Of a DNA stretch of 64,000 bases, positions 35,555 to 44,366 are shown one piece after another. Source of the DNA: Chloroflexota bacterium (GTDB taxonomy: Bacteria > Chloroflexota > Dehalococcoidia > Lucifugimonadales > UBA3495); NCBI GenBank assembly GCA_028875655.1, contig JAPPCX010000112.1, positions 141 to 64,140 on the forward strand, read 5' to 3'. A program made the position numbers and the translations under genes. The notes beneath the pieces were generated by a model. The model was not told the DNA's origin, did not search any database, and saw only the letters and a program-made list of their open reading frames with translations. The first letter of the stretch is position 1. The number at the start of each line of letters is the position of its first letter.

Positions 35555-37828
35555 TTACGGAAAGTAATGCCTGAAAGGAATGCCTTCGGCGTCTTTCAAG
35601 AGATCCAATCCCTTCCCATAGCCAGTGTTTCCCAATACGATAGTCGAAACGGCGTGAGGAGATTGGAATTTATAATCTTCTGCAAATCTGTACAGTGCCC
35701 TCTCCTCAACTAACACGCCATCTGCAATCAGTCGATCTTTCCTCCTTTGGTATCGCCAGTAGCTCTGAGTGAGTTCACGTTTGGTAGCAGTGGAACCTGC
35801 CAAAACGATAATCTGGTTCCTGCTATACACGTCGCACTTCGCGAATATGCCGTCACGATTCGGGCCAATGCAAAAACGCTTGGGTGTTCCGCTGGGGATT
35901 TGGCCTGTCTGCGCAGTATCGTTCCAAGTGTCTCGCTTGTTAGGGAATGGTTCAATATCATCATCTTCGTCAAAAGGTGAGAAGACACCTGATGCCTGGG
36001 GCGTGATCCAGTCATCCGGCAACAACTCGGCATTTCGCGCTTCTCGCCGCAACAAGTGCAACACCTTATTCCACGCGCTGTTAAAAATTACCCGCTCATC
36101 AACTTGATTACTTTCCAGTCCAGCAAGCTCATCTTCCCAGCCGTCCACTTGAAGCCACAGATATTCTTCCCAATCGCGGAATATTCGACGTTCCTCTGCC
36201 CGGCTTGGACGCTGCGGCAAGGTAGAAACATATTGATCAAATAACGCATCCACGTTCTCCTCATCGTTTAGTGCTGACTTCCACTCGTCGATAAGGCTAC
36301 GCAATTCGTTGCGCCGCTCAACGTCGGCCCCGGCGATACTTTGTCGCTCAGATTCCAGCAGCTCTCGGAATAGAGCAGACAGCCGGTTAGCGAGGCCGTC
36401 ATCAATCTCAACATCGCTTGGGAACGTCATTTCGTCCTCCGGGTCGTATTGGTCAACCAGCTGGTTCAGCGGTGGCATTACGGGCAAATGCGCCTGTATA
36501 TGGGCGTCGATGTGGCACAGGTCGCAGACACGCTGATGCGCGTCGCCGCACTCCGTTTCGTAAAGCCAGCGCCTTCGGTAGGAACGCCACCGACCACAAC
36601 GGTTACATACTTTGCCGAAAGCATAGCCGCATCCACGGCAGTTGTGGCTGGCAGCAGGCGAGGCTACGCCGCACTCAGGACATACCACTACCGGAGCCTC
36701 AGCGCCTGACTTCTGCGCCCCGCGTGGTTCCAGCGACCATTCGCGGTAGTCTTCGGGCAGGCCGTGGGTTACGGCGTTGGCGGCCAGGTCCAGCAAGATG
36801 CAGTCGCCGCCGTCGGGTTTGGGGCGCAGGCCGCGGCCTACCATTTGCAGATACAGCGCGAGGCTCATGGTCGGGCGGGCGATGATGACGCAGGATGCGT
36901 CGGGCAGGTCGAACCCCTCGGTGGCGACGATTACGTTGACCAGCACCCTGATGCTACCATCGCGGAACCCGGCGATGGCCTTGTCTCGTTCTTCCCGGTT
37001 GGTGTCGCCGAGGATGACTGCCGCCTGGATGCCGGCATCGTTGAACACGGCGGCCAGGTTGTGCGCGTGGTCAACGGACACGGCGTAGGCGATGGTTGGA
37101 CGGTTCTCGGTGTGCCTTTGCCAGAAGGCCAGCGCGCCGGCGGTCATTATGTCCGGCCGATCCCGGTTGGCCTGCTCGATGCCGGACTCGGTGTAGTCGC
37201 CGGTGCGGTCAACTGCGCCGCCGGCGATGCGCTATTCGGGCGGCGGGATGAATACCTGCGCGTCGCATAGCGAACCGAGGCTTTGCAAGTCGGCAGTCTG
37301 CGGTCCGCAGAGCAGATCGCCAAAGAGATGGTCGAAACCCTCTTTCTCCGACAGCCGCCAGGGCGTGGCCGTCATGCCGACGATGGGGCCGGGCCACTGC
37401 TGCATGGCGCGTTCCCAGCCGGGCGCGGCGGCGTGGTGCGCTTCGTCGATAACCAGCAGGTCGTTGGGGCCGTAGCGGTTCCACACTTCCCGGCGGGCAG
37501 TGCGCCGGCCCACGGTTTGCGCCATCAGGATGACCGCGCCGCCGGCCATGGCGGGAGCGTCCTCGCCCGGCGTCCAGTTGACGTTGGTGATGGCGGACAC
37601 GCCGGCGTCGGTGAGCATCCCCCGCGTCTGCTCGGCCAGTTCCTTGCGGTGGGTGAGCCAGACCGCCTTGCGTCCATTACGCAACCAGTCGGCCAGCAGC
37701 GCGCCGGCGATGACGGTCTTGCCGCCGCCGGTGGGCAGTTGCAGCATCACCCGCGCTTTGAGGTCGGCGGCCAGCGCCTCCTGCGTCCGTTTGAGCAGAG
37801 CCTGCTGGTAGGGGCGGAGCTGGAACAT
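35555..37828 (-). pseudogene. SF2 (DEAH) helicase + Zn-ribbon + DUF4357-like C-terminal domain, interrupted by one in-frame TAG
   Basis: N-terminal ORF: LPTGGGKT (motif I), VIDEAHH (II), MTATP (III). After the TAG at 37232-37234 the same frame continues: ...VFIPPPE*RIAGGAVDRTGDYTESGIEQ...VATEGFDLPD, QMVGRGLR (VI), CPECG...CRGCG, and C-terminal FAEDYKFQSPHAVSTIVLGNTGYG (DUF4357-like). Confidence 0.75.
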
Positions 37829-37837
37829 CGTTAATCG

Positions 37838-38917
37838 CTAATCCAGCGCCTTCAGCTCCGGCATCACCTCCGCCGCAAACAGTCGCATGCTGGACTCGGC
37901 CATGTCGTAGGGCATTGCGGCGTAGCTGAACGCGCCGACGTAGGTGTCGTGGCCGGTGCGCTCGCGGATCTGCAATATCTTTTCGTAGCACTGTTGCGGA
38001 GTGCCCCACACCTGTAGGTCCACGAAGAAGTCCACCACCTCGTCGTCGCCGTAGTCAATCATCTTCTCAGCCACCTTGCCGTAGTATTCGTAGCCCTTGA
38101 TGTCCTTGTGGAGGTCGGCCTTGAACTGGTAGTGGTCCATGACGGTATGCCAGTAGCCGCCGATGTAGCGGCGGGCCATGTCGCGAGCGTAGTCGGCGTC
38201 CTCGTGGCAGAACGTCCAGCAGGCGACGACGGGAGCCGGCGGCCCGCCGGAATCATAGGTTCCCCGGTGGCTCTCGTCCCACGAGTTGCGGTAGTTGCTC
38301 AAGTCGCGCTCCACCTCGTCCCACGGCTTTTGCGGGATCACCAGCATCCCGACGCCCAGCTGGGCCATGATGCGGCTGCTCTCCGGCGAGATTGCGGCGG
38401 CGTAGGTACGATCCTTGAAGCTGCGGAACGGATTGGGCCGGATCTCCCGGCGCGGCTGCTTGATGTACTCGCCGTCGAACTCGCAGAATCCCGTTTCCAG
38501 GCCGGCCAGCAGGCACTCGGCGGACTCGATGAACCGGGTGCGCGACTCGTTCATATCCACGCGGAAGCCGTCGTACTCCACCTTGGCCAACCCGCGGCCC
38601 ACACCCAGGATGAACCGCCCGTCGCTCAGGTTGTCCAGCATGGATACCTGCTCGGCAACGCGCATCGGGTCGTGCCACGGCAAAACACACACCATGCTGC
38701 CGAGTTTCATGGCCGTCGTCCGGCCGGCCATGTAGGTCAGGAATTGCAACACGTCGGGGCACATCGTGTAGTCAGTGAAGTGGTGCTCCACGCCCCAGAT
38801 GGACTGGAACCCCAACGGCTCGGCCAGGTCGGCGAGGCGCAGTTCTTCACGGTACACCTGGTAGTCGCTGGTGAATTTGGCGGGGTTCTGGAAGATAGTG
38901 GCGGCGCCTACGTGCAT
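37838..38917 (-). CDS. LLM-class flavin/F420-dependent oxidoreductase (luciferase-like)
   Basis: LGFQSIWGVEHHF, SMLDNLSDGRFILGVGRG. Confidence 0.85.
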   Translation of the reverse strand: MHVGAATIFQNPAKFTSDYQVYREELRLADLAEPLGFQSIWGVEHHFTDYTMCPDVLQFLTYMAGRTTAMKLGSMVCVLPWHDPMRVAEQVSMLDNLSDGRFILGVGRGLAKVEYDGFRVDMNESRTRFIESAECLLAGLETGFCEFDGEYIKQPRREIRPNPFRSFKDRTYAAAISPESSRIMAQLGVGMLVIPQKPWDEVERDLSNYRNSWDESHRGTYDSGGPPAPVVACWTFCHEDADYARDMARRYIGGYWHTVMDHYQFKADLHKDIKGYEYYGKVAEKMIDYGDDEVVDFFVDLQVWGTPQQCYEKILQIRERTGHDTYVGAFSYAAMPYDMAESSMRLFAAEVMPELKALD

Positions 38918-38971
38918 GATGGCCTCGTTTTCCGGAAGTAATTTGACCTCGCAATTGCCACGATCGCGGCG

Positions 38972-40051
38972 CTACATCGCCGCCCGCACCTTCTCCGGCG
39001 CGCAGGCGTGCATCACCGCCTGGGTGGACGCGATCTCCGGGCGGGCGGCGATGACGCGCACCAGCGCCACGTCGAGGCCCTCGGCCAGCTTGGCGAAAGC
39101 GGCGGCGGCTCCGTCGGGCTTGCCGTAGTAGCCTACTGCCAGCAGCGCCTCGGAGGGATAGGCGTCGGCCACGGCGTCCATGTCGCCGCCCTCGCGCCGG
39201 ATGGCGTCGGCGCCGGCCAGCTCTTCGGTGTAGCCCATGCGCTCGAAGTGGGCGCGGTAGCCGAACTGCCGCTCGCGGTCGGTGGGCACGGCGGCGCCCA
39301 GCGGGTAGCCCAGGCAGTTCTTGGCGAATGACCGGCGGGCAACGTTCTCGTCCTCATCCACGCAGATGCGGATGTACTCCACCACTTTGACCTCGGACGG
39401 ATCGCGGCCCACGCGCTCCGCCCCCTCAGCGATGCGGTCGCGGCTCCACGCGATCTGCTCCGGCGTACACCAGTTGAGGCACACGCCGTCGGCGATTTCG
39501 CCGGCCAGCCGCAGCATCTCGGGGCCCAGCGTACCCAGATACACCGGCGTGTTGGGCGCGGGCCGGATGGCCATGCGGATGTTGTTGTAGTTGATGTACT
39601 CGCCCTGGTGGGACACCCGCTCGCCGTTGACCAGTCCCTTGATGGTGGTCAGGTAGTCGCGCATGAGGTTCAGGGCGGACACCCGGGGGAAGCCTAAATC
39701 GCGGCGGTTGGCCGGCCGGTACGCGCTGCCGGCTCCGATGCCCATGATGAACTTGCCGCCCGTCTGCTGGCTCAACGTCCCGCCGGACATGGCGAACCCG
39801 ATGGGCGTGCGGTACATGACGGGCGAAACGCCGATGCCGGTCGTCAGGCCCCCGTCAACAACGTCGCAGCTGGCCTCCCAGCGCCGTGCGCATACCTGGA
39901 AGGAATCGGTGCCGATATTCTCGGGAGTCCAGATGCTCTCGTAACCCAGCTCCGCCGCCTCGCGGGCCAGGTTCGCTTGGTCGTCCCAGTTCATGCCCAG
40001 GGTGTGGTCCAGTCCGACGCCGATTTCCATAAGGTTCCTCCTGTCTGCCAT
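38972..40051 (-). CDS. LLM-class F420-dependent oxidoreductase (paralogue)
   Basis: LGYESIWTPENIG, TLSQQTGGKFIMGIGAG, GEIADGVCLNW. Confidence 0.85.
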   Translation of the reverse strand: MADRRNLMEIGVGLDHTLGMNWDDQANLAREAAELGYESIWTPENIGTDSFQVCARRWEASCDVVDGGLTTGIGVSPVMYRTPIGFAMSGGTLSQQTGGKFIMGIGAGSAYRPANRRDLGFPRVSALNLMRDYLTTIKGLVNGERVSHQGEYINYNNIRMAIRPAPNTPVYLGTLGPEMLRLAGEIADGVCLNWCTPEQIAWSRDRIAEGAERVGRDPSEVKVVEYIRICVDEDENVARRSFAKNCLGYPLGAAVPTDRERQFGYRAHFERMGYTEELAGADAIRREGGDMDAVADAYPSEALLAVGYYGKPDGAAAAFAKLAEGLDVALVRVIAARPEIASTQAVMHACAPEKVRAAM

Positions 40052-40057
40052 TTAAGT

Positions 40058-40144
40058 TGTCATTCCAGCTGTGTCGTCATTTCGGCTGTTTTGAATCGTC
40101 ATCCCGGCTTCTACATCGTCATTCCGGCGAAAGCCGGAATCAGG
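40058..40144. repeat. array of four GTCATTCC-type REP half-sites ending in a full family-1 hairpin
   Basis: GTCATTCCAGC.., GTCATTTCGGC.., GTCATCCCGGC.., then GTCATTCCGGCGAAAGCCGGAATCAGG (40118-40144). Confidence 0.75.
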
Positions 40145-40198
40145 AAACTCATAAGGATTGGCAGGATTTTACCACGCAGCCCATGACGAAACCCCCGG

Positions 40199-40207
40199 TG
40201 CTATAAT
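40199..40207 (+). promoter_or_regulatory. extended -10 (TGCTATAAT) upstream of the MFS gene
   Basis: Consensus TGnTATAAT 33 nt before the TTG start at 40240. GGGAGGA lies in between. Confidence 0.35.
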
Positions 40208-40239
40208 CACCGCCGCTTTGCCAGGGAGGATTTGAGCAG

Positions 40240-41517
40240 TTGGCCAGATTGGTCAAGAGTACGGGGCTGGGCGGGCGGGCGAGCGAGACTTTCGGCTCGT
40301 TCCGGACCCGCGATTTCTCGTTGGTCTGGGTATCGGCGAACATCGCCATGGCCGGCCGGCAGATGGAGGTTATCGCCGTACTGTGGCTGGTGCTGGAGCT
40401 GACCGGCGACCCCCTGTTGGTCGGACTGGCCGGTGGCTCCGCGTTGGGCCTGGCGTTCCTATCCGTGTTTGCCGGCGCGGTGGTGGACCGTCTCCCCCGG
40501 CGGCTGCTCATGGCGGCCGGGCAATTCATTGCGGCGGTGCTGGCGTTTGTCCTGATGGCGTTGCTGCTGACCGACGGCCTGAAGGTCTGGATGATCTTCG
40601 TCATCATCCTCGGCGGGGGAGCGTTCCGCACCATCGAGTTGCCGGTCACCAATGCGCTGCTGATTGATACCGTGCCCCGGGAGCGGCTCACCAACGCGGT
40701 GGCCATGTTGGGCCTGGGGCAGAACCTCACCCAGTTCGTGGGGCCCATCGTCGGCGGCTTTCTCTACACGCCGCTCACGCCGGCCGGCTTGTTCGGCTTC
40801 ATCGGCGTCTTTTACGTAGTCGGCGGCGTGATGGCCCTCATGGTGCGGACGCGCAATCTCACCGTGGGCGGCACCACGCCGCGCCAGGTGATTATCGGCG
40901 TCGCCGCCGGACTGCGCCACGTTTGGCAGCGCAAGGAACTGTTCATGGCCCTGCTCATCGCCGCCATGTACAACGTCACCGGCTTCCCCTTCACCACTGC
41001 GCTGATGCCCATCTTCGCCCACGACACCCTCATGGGCGGCGTCGAGGCGTTGGGGCTGCTCAACGGAGCCATGGGCGCGGGCGCGGTGCTGGGCGCGCTG
41101 GTGGTGGCCGGCCTGGGCAACGTGCGACGGCAGGGCTGGTGGCTGGTCTGGGCGGTCAACGGCGGCTGGCACGGCTCCATGATCCTGTTCGCCGTCGCCG
41201 TGATGACCCTGCCGGTACTGCTGCCCTATGGCCTGGTCCTGGCCATCGCCATGGCCATCAAGGTGCTCACCGGCATCGGCCGCTCCGTGTCGCTGGTGCT
41301 GGTGATGACGCTGCTGATGGGCAACTCCGACCCGGAGTATCGCGGACGCATGGGCGGAATGCGCGTGCTGGCCATCCAGGCCCACTTCCCGGCCAGCGCC
41401 CTGAACGGCTGGATGGTAACGCAGATCGGCGCGCCGCTGACCGCCCTATCCCTGGGCATTGCCGGCTCCGTCGCCGTGTTCCTATGCCTGCTGTCGCGGC
41501 GGCTGCGGGAGGCATAA
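40240..41517 (+). CDS. MFS transporter (12-TMS type)
   Basis: 425 aa, hydrophobic. VVDRLPRRLLM loop motif. TTG start with GGGAGGA SD. Confidence 0.8.
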   Translation: MARLVKSTGLGGRASETFGSFRTRDFSLVWVSANIAMAGRQMEVIAVLWLVLELTGDPLLVGLAGGSALGLAFLSVFAGAVVDRLPRRLLMAAGQFIAAVLAFVLMALLLTDGLKVWMIFVIILGGGAFRTIELPVTNALLIDTVPRERLTNAVAMLGLGQNLTQFVGPIVGGFLYTPLTPAGLFGFIGVFYVVGGVMALMVRTRNLTVGGTTPRQVIIGVAAGLRHVWQRKELFMALLIAAMYNVTGFPFTTALMPIFAHDTLMGGVEALGLLNGAMGAGAVLGALVVAGLGNVRRQGWWLVWAVNGGWHGSMILFAVAVMTLPVLLPYGLVLAIAMAIKVLTGIGRSVSLVLVMTLLMGNSDPEYRGRMGGMRVLAIQAHFPASALNGWMVTQIGAPLTALSLGIAGSVAVFLCLLSRRLREA

Positions 41518-41656
41518 CGTGGGGGCAGAATGCAACATCAAAAATTGGACATCAGATCGAAGAGCGATATAGACTCCCCACGAACATGTTCACACAACCA
41601 GCGTATAACCATGTGGGATTCAAACTGATTTAGCAATGCAGGTTGGAGAGCGTAAA

Positions 41657-41977
41657 ATGGCGTGGGGAACTTTTTTGCAAGTTTTGACGATCGCAGTCTC
41701 GTTGCTGATCGCAGTCGGGGGATGGATATGGAATGACTTCTCGAAGAGAAACTCCGAGGAGCGCCAAAGAAAAGAAGAACGTTATACTGCCCTTCTGGCC
41801 AGTACGAAAGGCTTTTACCAAAATGCCGATCACAACGAAGCTTATGAACTCAAAAAGGAACATGCGCTGGGCGAGTTCATATTGGAGATAAGAAAAGACC
41901 TTTTCGGAAAACGATTTTTGTTCTGGGGTAGAACACGTTTGGTCTGGTCGGATTTCCGTATTCTTACCAGTACGTAG
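41657..41977 (+). CDS. hypothetical small membrane protein in an AT-rich pocket
   Basis: 106 aa from the ATG at 41657 (GGAGAG upstream). One TM segment (FLQVLTIAVSLLIAVGGWIW), then a Lys/Glu-rich tail. Composition differs clearly from the flanks. Confidence 0.35.
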   Translation: MAWGTFLQVLTIAVSLLIAVGGWIWNDFSKRNSEERQRKEERYTALLASTKGFYQNADHNEAYELKKEHALGEFILEIRKDLFGKRFLFWGRTRLVWSDFRILTST

Positions 41978-41989
41978 CCGTCCGTCTCT

Positions 41990-42340
41990 TCAGGAACGGA
42001 CGTCCGGCGCGGCCGGTTCGGTTGCCGACATTCCCCGGCTCGACAGCCCGTGCCGCATCAACAGGCCGGCTACGCACAGCGACAGCGACGTGAAGCTGAC
42101 CACGGCCAGGGACAGGCGCAGGTCTCCGGTTGCCTGCTGCAACGCGCCGCAGACCAACGGCCCGATGGTGATGCCCGCCGAGCTGGACATCTGAATGAAC
42201 GACAGGCTGACCGCGATTTCCCGGGGATGGACGCCCGGCAAGTGGAACGGCGTTGAACAGAGGACGGGCCAAAATCCGAAGGCGATGCCATTGACGAAGG
42301 TCAATGGCAACAGCGCGGGCAACGAACCGGTAAGGGTCAT
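41990..42340 (-). pseudogene. C-terminal remnant of an MFS transporter
   Basis: The 116 aa correspond only to the last ~4 TM helices (FGFWPVL, SSSAGITIGPLVCGAL). Upstream sequence is replaced by repeat copy C starting 20 nt away. Confidence 0.6.
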
Positions 42341-42360
42341 GCCGGCGGACGACGAACCAA

Positions 42361-42714
42361 TGACACTTCCACCTTGCCCCTACTCACCATCCATCAGTAC
42401 CATTTAACTACCCAACCGCCCAACTCCATCCCTCCGCCCGAATCCAAATGGGCCGCAACCCCGAAATCCTGATTCTGACAATCACGAACCATCCCCAAAC
42501 ACCGCTCCCCCAAACCCTCTCAAATGCCCGCCAAAAGCCCCAATATCACTTCCAAAACCGGCTCAATTCTCCCCCATTCACCCCCACGTCCCACCCCCTG
42601 CCCCTACTCAAATAACCGGAAGTGAGCGGAAATGAGCGGGTTTCCGCAAAAACCCCCGCCATCCCAATGAAATCCCTGATCCTGCCCATCCTGTTCATCC
42701 ATGCAAATAACTCC
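42361..42714 (-). repeat. ~350-bp mosaic repeat, copy C (C/A-rich strand on +)
   Basis: The reverse complement aligns with copies A and B end to end, including the 26-nt GCATGGATGAACAGGATGGGCAGGAT motif (42679-42704). Confidence 0.85.
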
Positions 42715-42787
42715 CTACCCCGGTTTAGACCGCCAGTCGAAAGCCCCTGGCGAGAACCGCGCCCATGATGACGACGCGGCCCGTCTA

Positions 42788-42796
42788 TGCTAGAAT
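42788..42796 (+). promoter_or_regulatory. extended -10 (TGCTAGAAT) upstream of the DsbA-like gene
   Basis: Lies 59 nt before the ATG at 42855, so transcription would include the upstream ATG and the TGA codon. Confidence 0.35.
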
Positions 42797-42854
42797 CGGC
42801 AGACCGTGCGCAGGTAGCCGAACTACCGCGCGACCAGATTACGGAGGTGGCACC

Positions 42855-43487
42855 ATGGCCGACACCGATTTCAAGGTATATTACGACTTTCGTTGACCCT
42901 TCGTGTACAACGCTGCCATGTGGTGGGCGAAAGTACGCGAGAACACTGACCACGAAATCAACGTGGAACTCAAGCCGTTCTCGCTGGTCCAGGTAAATCA
43001 CGACAACAACAACGACGACGGGTTCAAGTATTGGGAACAGGACGACTCGGACAACACCCTGCTCGAGTTGCGCGCCGGCCTCGCCGCCGAACGCCAGGGC
43101 GAAGAAATCTTCGACCGGTTCTTCATCAACCTGCTGAAGGCCCGCCACGAAGACCGTATCGACCTCACCGACGCCGACGCCATCAACGCTGTGGCCGAGG
43201 CTTCGGGCGTTGACATGGGCCGGTTCGCGGAAGACCTGGCCGACCCCGACATCCTCCGGGAAATCGGCGAGAGCCACACCGAAGCCGTGGAAATTCACGG
43301 CGCGTTCGGGGTGCCGCTGTACGTCTTCCCCAACAACAACGCCGCCTTCGTCAAGATGTTCATACCCACCGACGAAGAAGCCGGGCCCATCTACGACAAC
43401 CTGGTCGAGATGATGGCCGACCACCGGCACGTGGGCGAGGTCAAGCGCCCGTCCCCGCCGTGGCCGTATGAGGGTGTCCGCGGCTAA
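42855..43487 (+). CDS. DsbA-like thioredoxin-fold protein, candidate selenoprotein (TGA at 42894-42896 read as Sec)
   Basis: ATG at 42855 with GGAGGTG 6 nt upstream. Translation MADTDFKVYYDFR-TGA-PFVYNAAMWW... continues in frame into track ORF 42903..43487. The TGA sits where DsbA-like proteins have the first Cys of CPxC (..YYD..CPFCY..). C-terminal GVPLYVF is typical of the fold. Confidence 0.6.
42900..42941 (+). promoter_or_regulatory. candidate bacterial SECIS hairpin
   Basis: UUCGUGUAC/GUACGCGAG forms a 9-bp lower stem (with G-U pairs). Above it are an AA/AAA internal loop, an upper stem CGCU-GCC/GGU-G-GGCG with a bulged G, and an apical loop AUGU that starts 25 nt from the U of UGA. Confidence 0.45.
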
Positions 43488-43506
43488 ATCAGCGGAACCT
43501 CCAACA

Positions 43507-44226
43507 ATGAGCGCCGCCGGCGGGAGCCGTCCCGCCGCAGAACTCGAACAAGCCCTGGGCCTGGACTTCCGGGACCGGGGCTTGTTGCGTCAGGCGCTCA
43601 CGCACCGCTCCTACGTCAACGAGACCAGCGGCAACGACGCCGATTCCTACGAGCGGCTGGAGTTCCTGGGAGATGTCGTCGTTCGCCTCATCGTCAGCGA
43701 GGAGCTGTACCACCGCCTGCCCGGCTGCGACGAGGGCGGCCTAACGCGCCGCTGGACGGCGCTCCTGAGCCAGCGGGCTTTGGCAACCGTCGCCGAACGC
43801 CTGGGCGTCGCGCCATACCTGCTGCTGGGGCGAGGGTTCGAATCCACGGGCGGCCGCCACAGCGAGGCGGTGCTCGGCGACGTCATGGAATCCTTGATCG
43901 CCGCCATCTATCTGGACGCCGGCTATGAAGCAACCAGGCGATTCGTACTGTCAGCGATGTCCGCTGAGATCGAAACGGCTTGCCGAACCGACTGGAGGCC
44001 GGACAACCCCAAGGCCGAGCTGCAGGAGCTGCTCCAGGGACATGGCAAGCCCACGCCCGCTTATCAAGTCGTTGACTCATCCGGCCCGGCGCACCAGCCG
44101 CTTTTCACGGTTGAAGTCATGGTAGATGAGGAAACCCTGGGGTCGGGTTCGGGAGGCAGCAAAAGCGCCGCCGAAACCGAAGCGGCGCGGGCGGCTCTCT
44201 CCAAGCTCCGTGCCTGCACTGGCTGA
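43507..44226 (+). CDS. rnc: ribonuclease III
   Basis: ALTHRSYVNE, ERLEFLGDVV (RNase III signature), C-terminal dsRBD ...PKAELQELLQ...GPAHQPLFTVEV...GSGGSKSAAE. Confidence 0.92.
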   Translation: MSAAGGSRPAAELEQALGLDFRDRGLLRQALTHRSYVNETSGNDADSYERLEFLGDVVVRLIVSEELYHRLPGCDEGGLTRRWTALLSQRALATVAERLGVAPYLLLGRGFESTGGRHSEAVLGDVMESLIAAIYLDAGYEATRRFVLSAMSAEIETACRTDWRPDNPKAELQELLQGHGKPTPAYQVVDSSGPAHQPLFTVEVMVDEETLGSGSGGSKSAAETEAARAALSKLRACTG

Positions 44227-44366
44227 GTAGGGCTATAATGAAACCGAAAGCGGTGTCACCGTCGCCGAGCCTTCGCCGTTCACGTCCTCTTCCGAACCCG
44301 CGCAAACTAATCGTTACACCCACTCGACAACCCTTCTTCCAAACGCCAACGGCGACCCATCCGATT

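Noticed and set aside
37232-37234. TAG in the helicase as a pyrrolysine codon
   Set aside because: No pylTSBCD genes or PYLIS-like context are visible, and this lineage is not known to use Pyl. A nonsense mutation, a sequencing error or a split gene is more parsimonious.
28750-37830. Prophage or integrative element with integrase
   Set aside because: I found no integrase, recombinase, transposase, tRNA attachment site or phage structural genes. The region is better described as small accessory islets interrupted by a host-like acyl-CoA synthetase gene.
40058-40144. Possible CRISPR-like array (also 47852-47981)
   Set aside because: The units are 11-27 nt REP half-sites and hairpins with irregular 14-23 nt gaps. 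There are no uniform spacers, no leader and no cas genes.
42546-43430. 294-aa minus-strand ORF
   Set aside because: It runs antisense through the DsbA-like gene and then through the non-coding mosaic repeat, and has no motifs.
43834-43845. GGGTTCGAATCC, a tRNA T-arm-like sequence
   Set aside because: It lies inside the rnc coding frame (..GRGFESTGG..). No acceptor, D or anticodon arms can be drawn around it.
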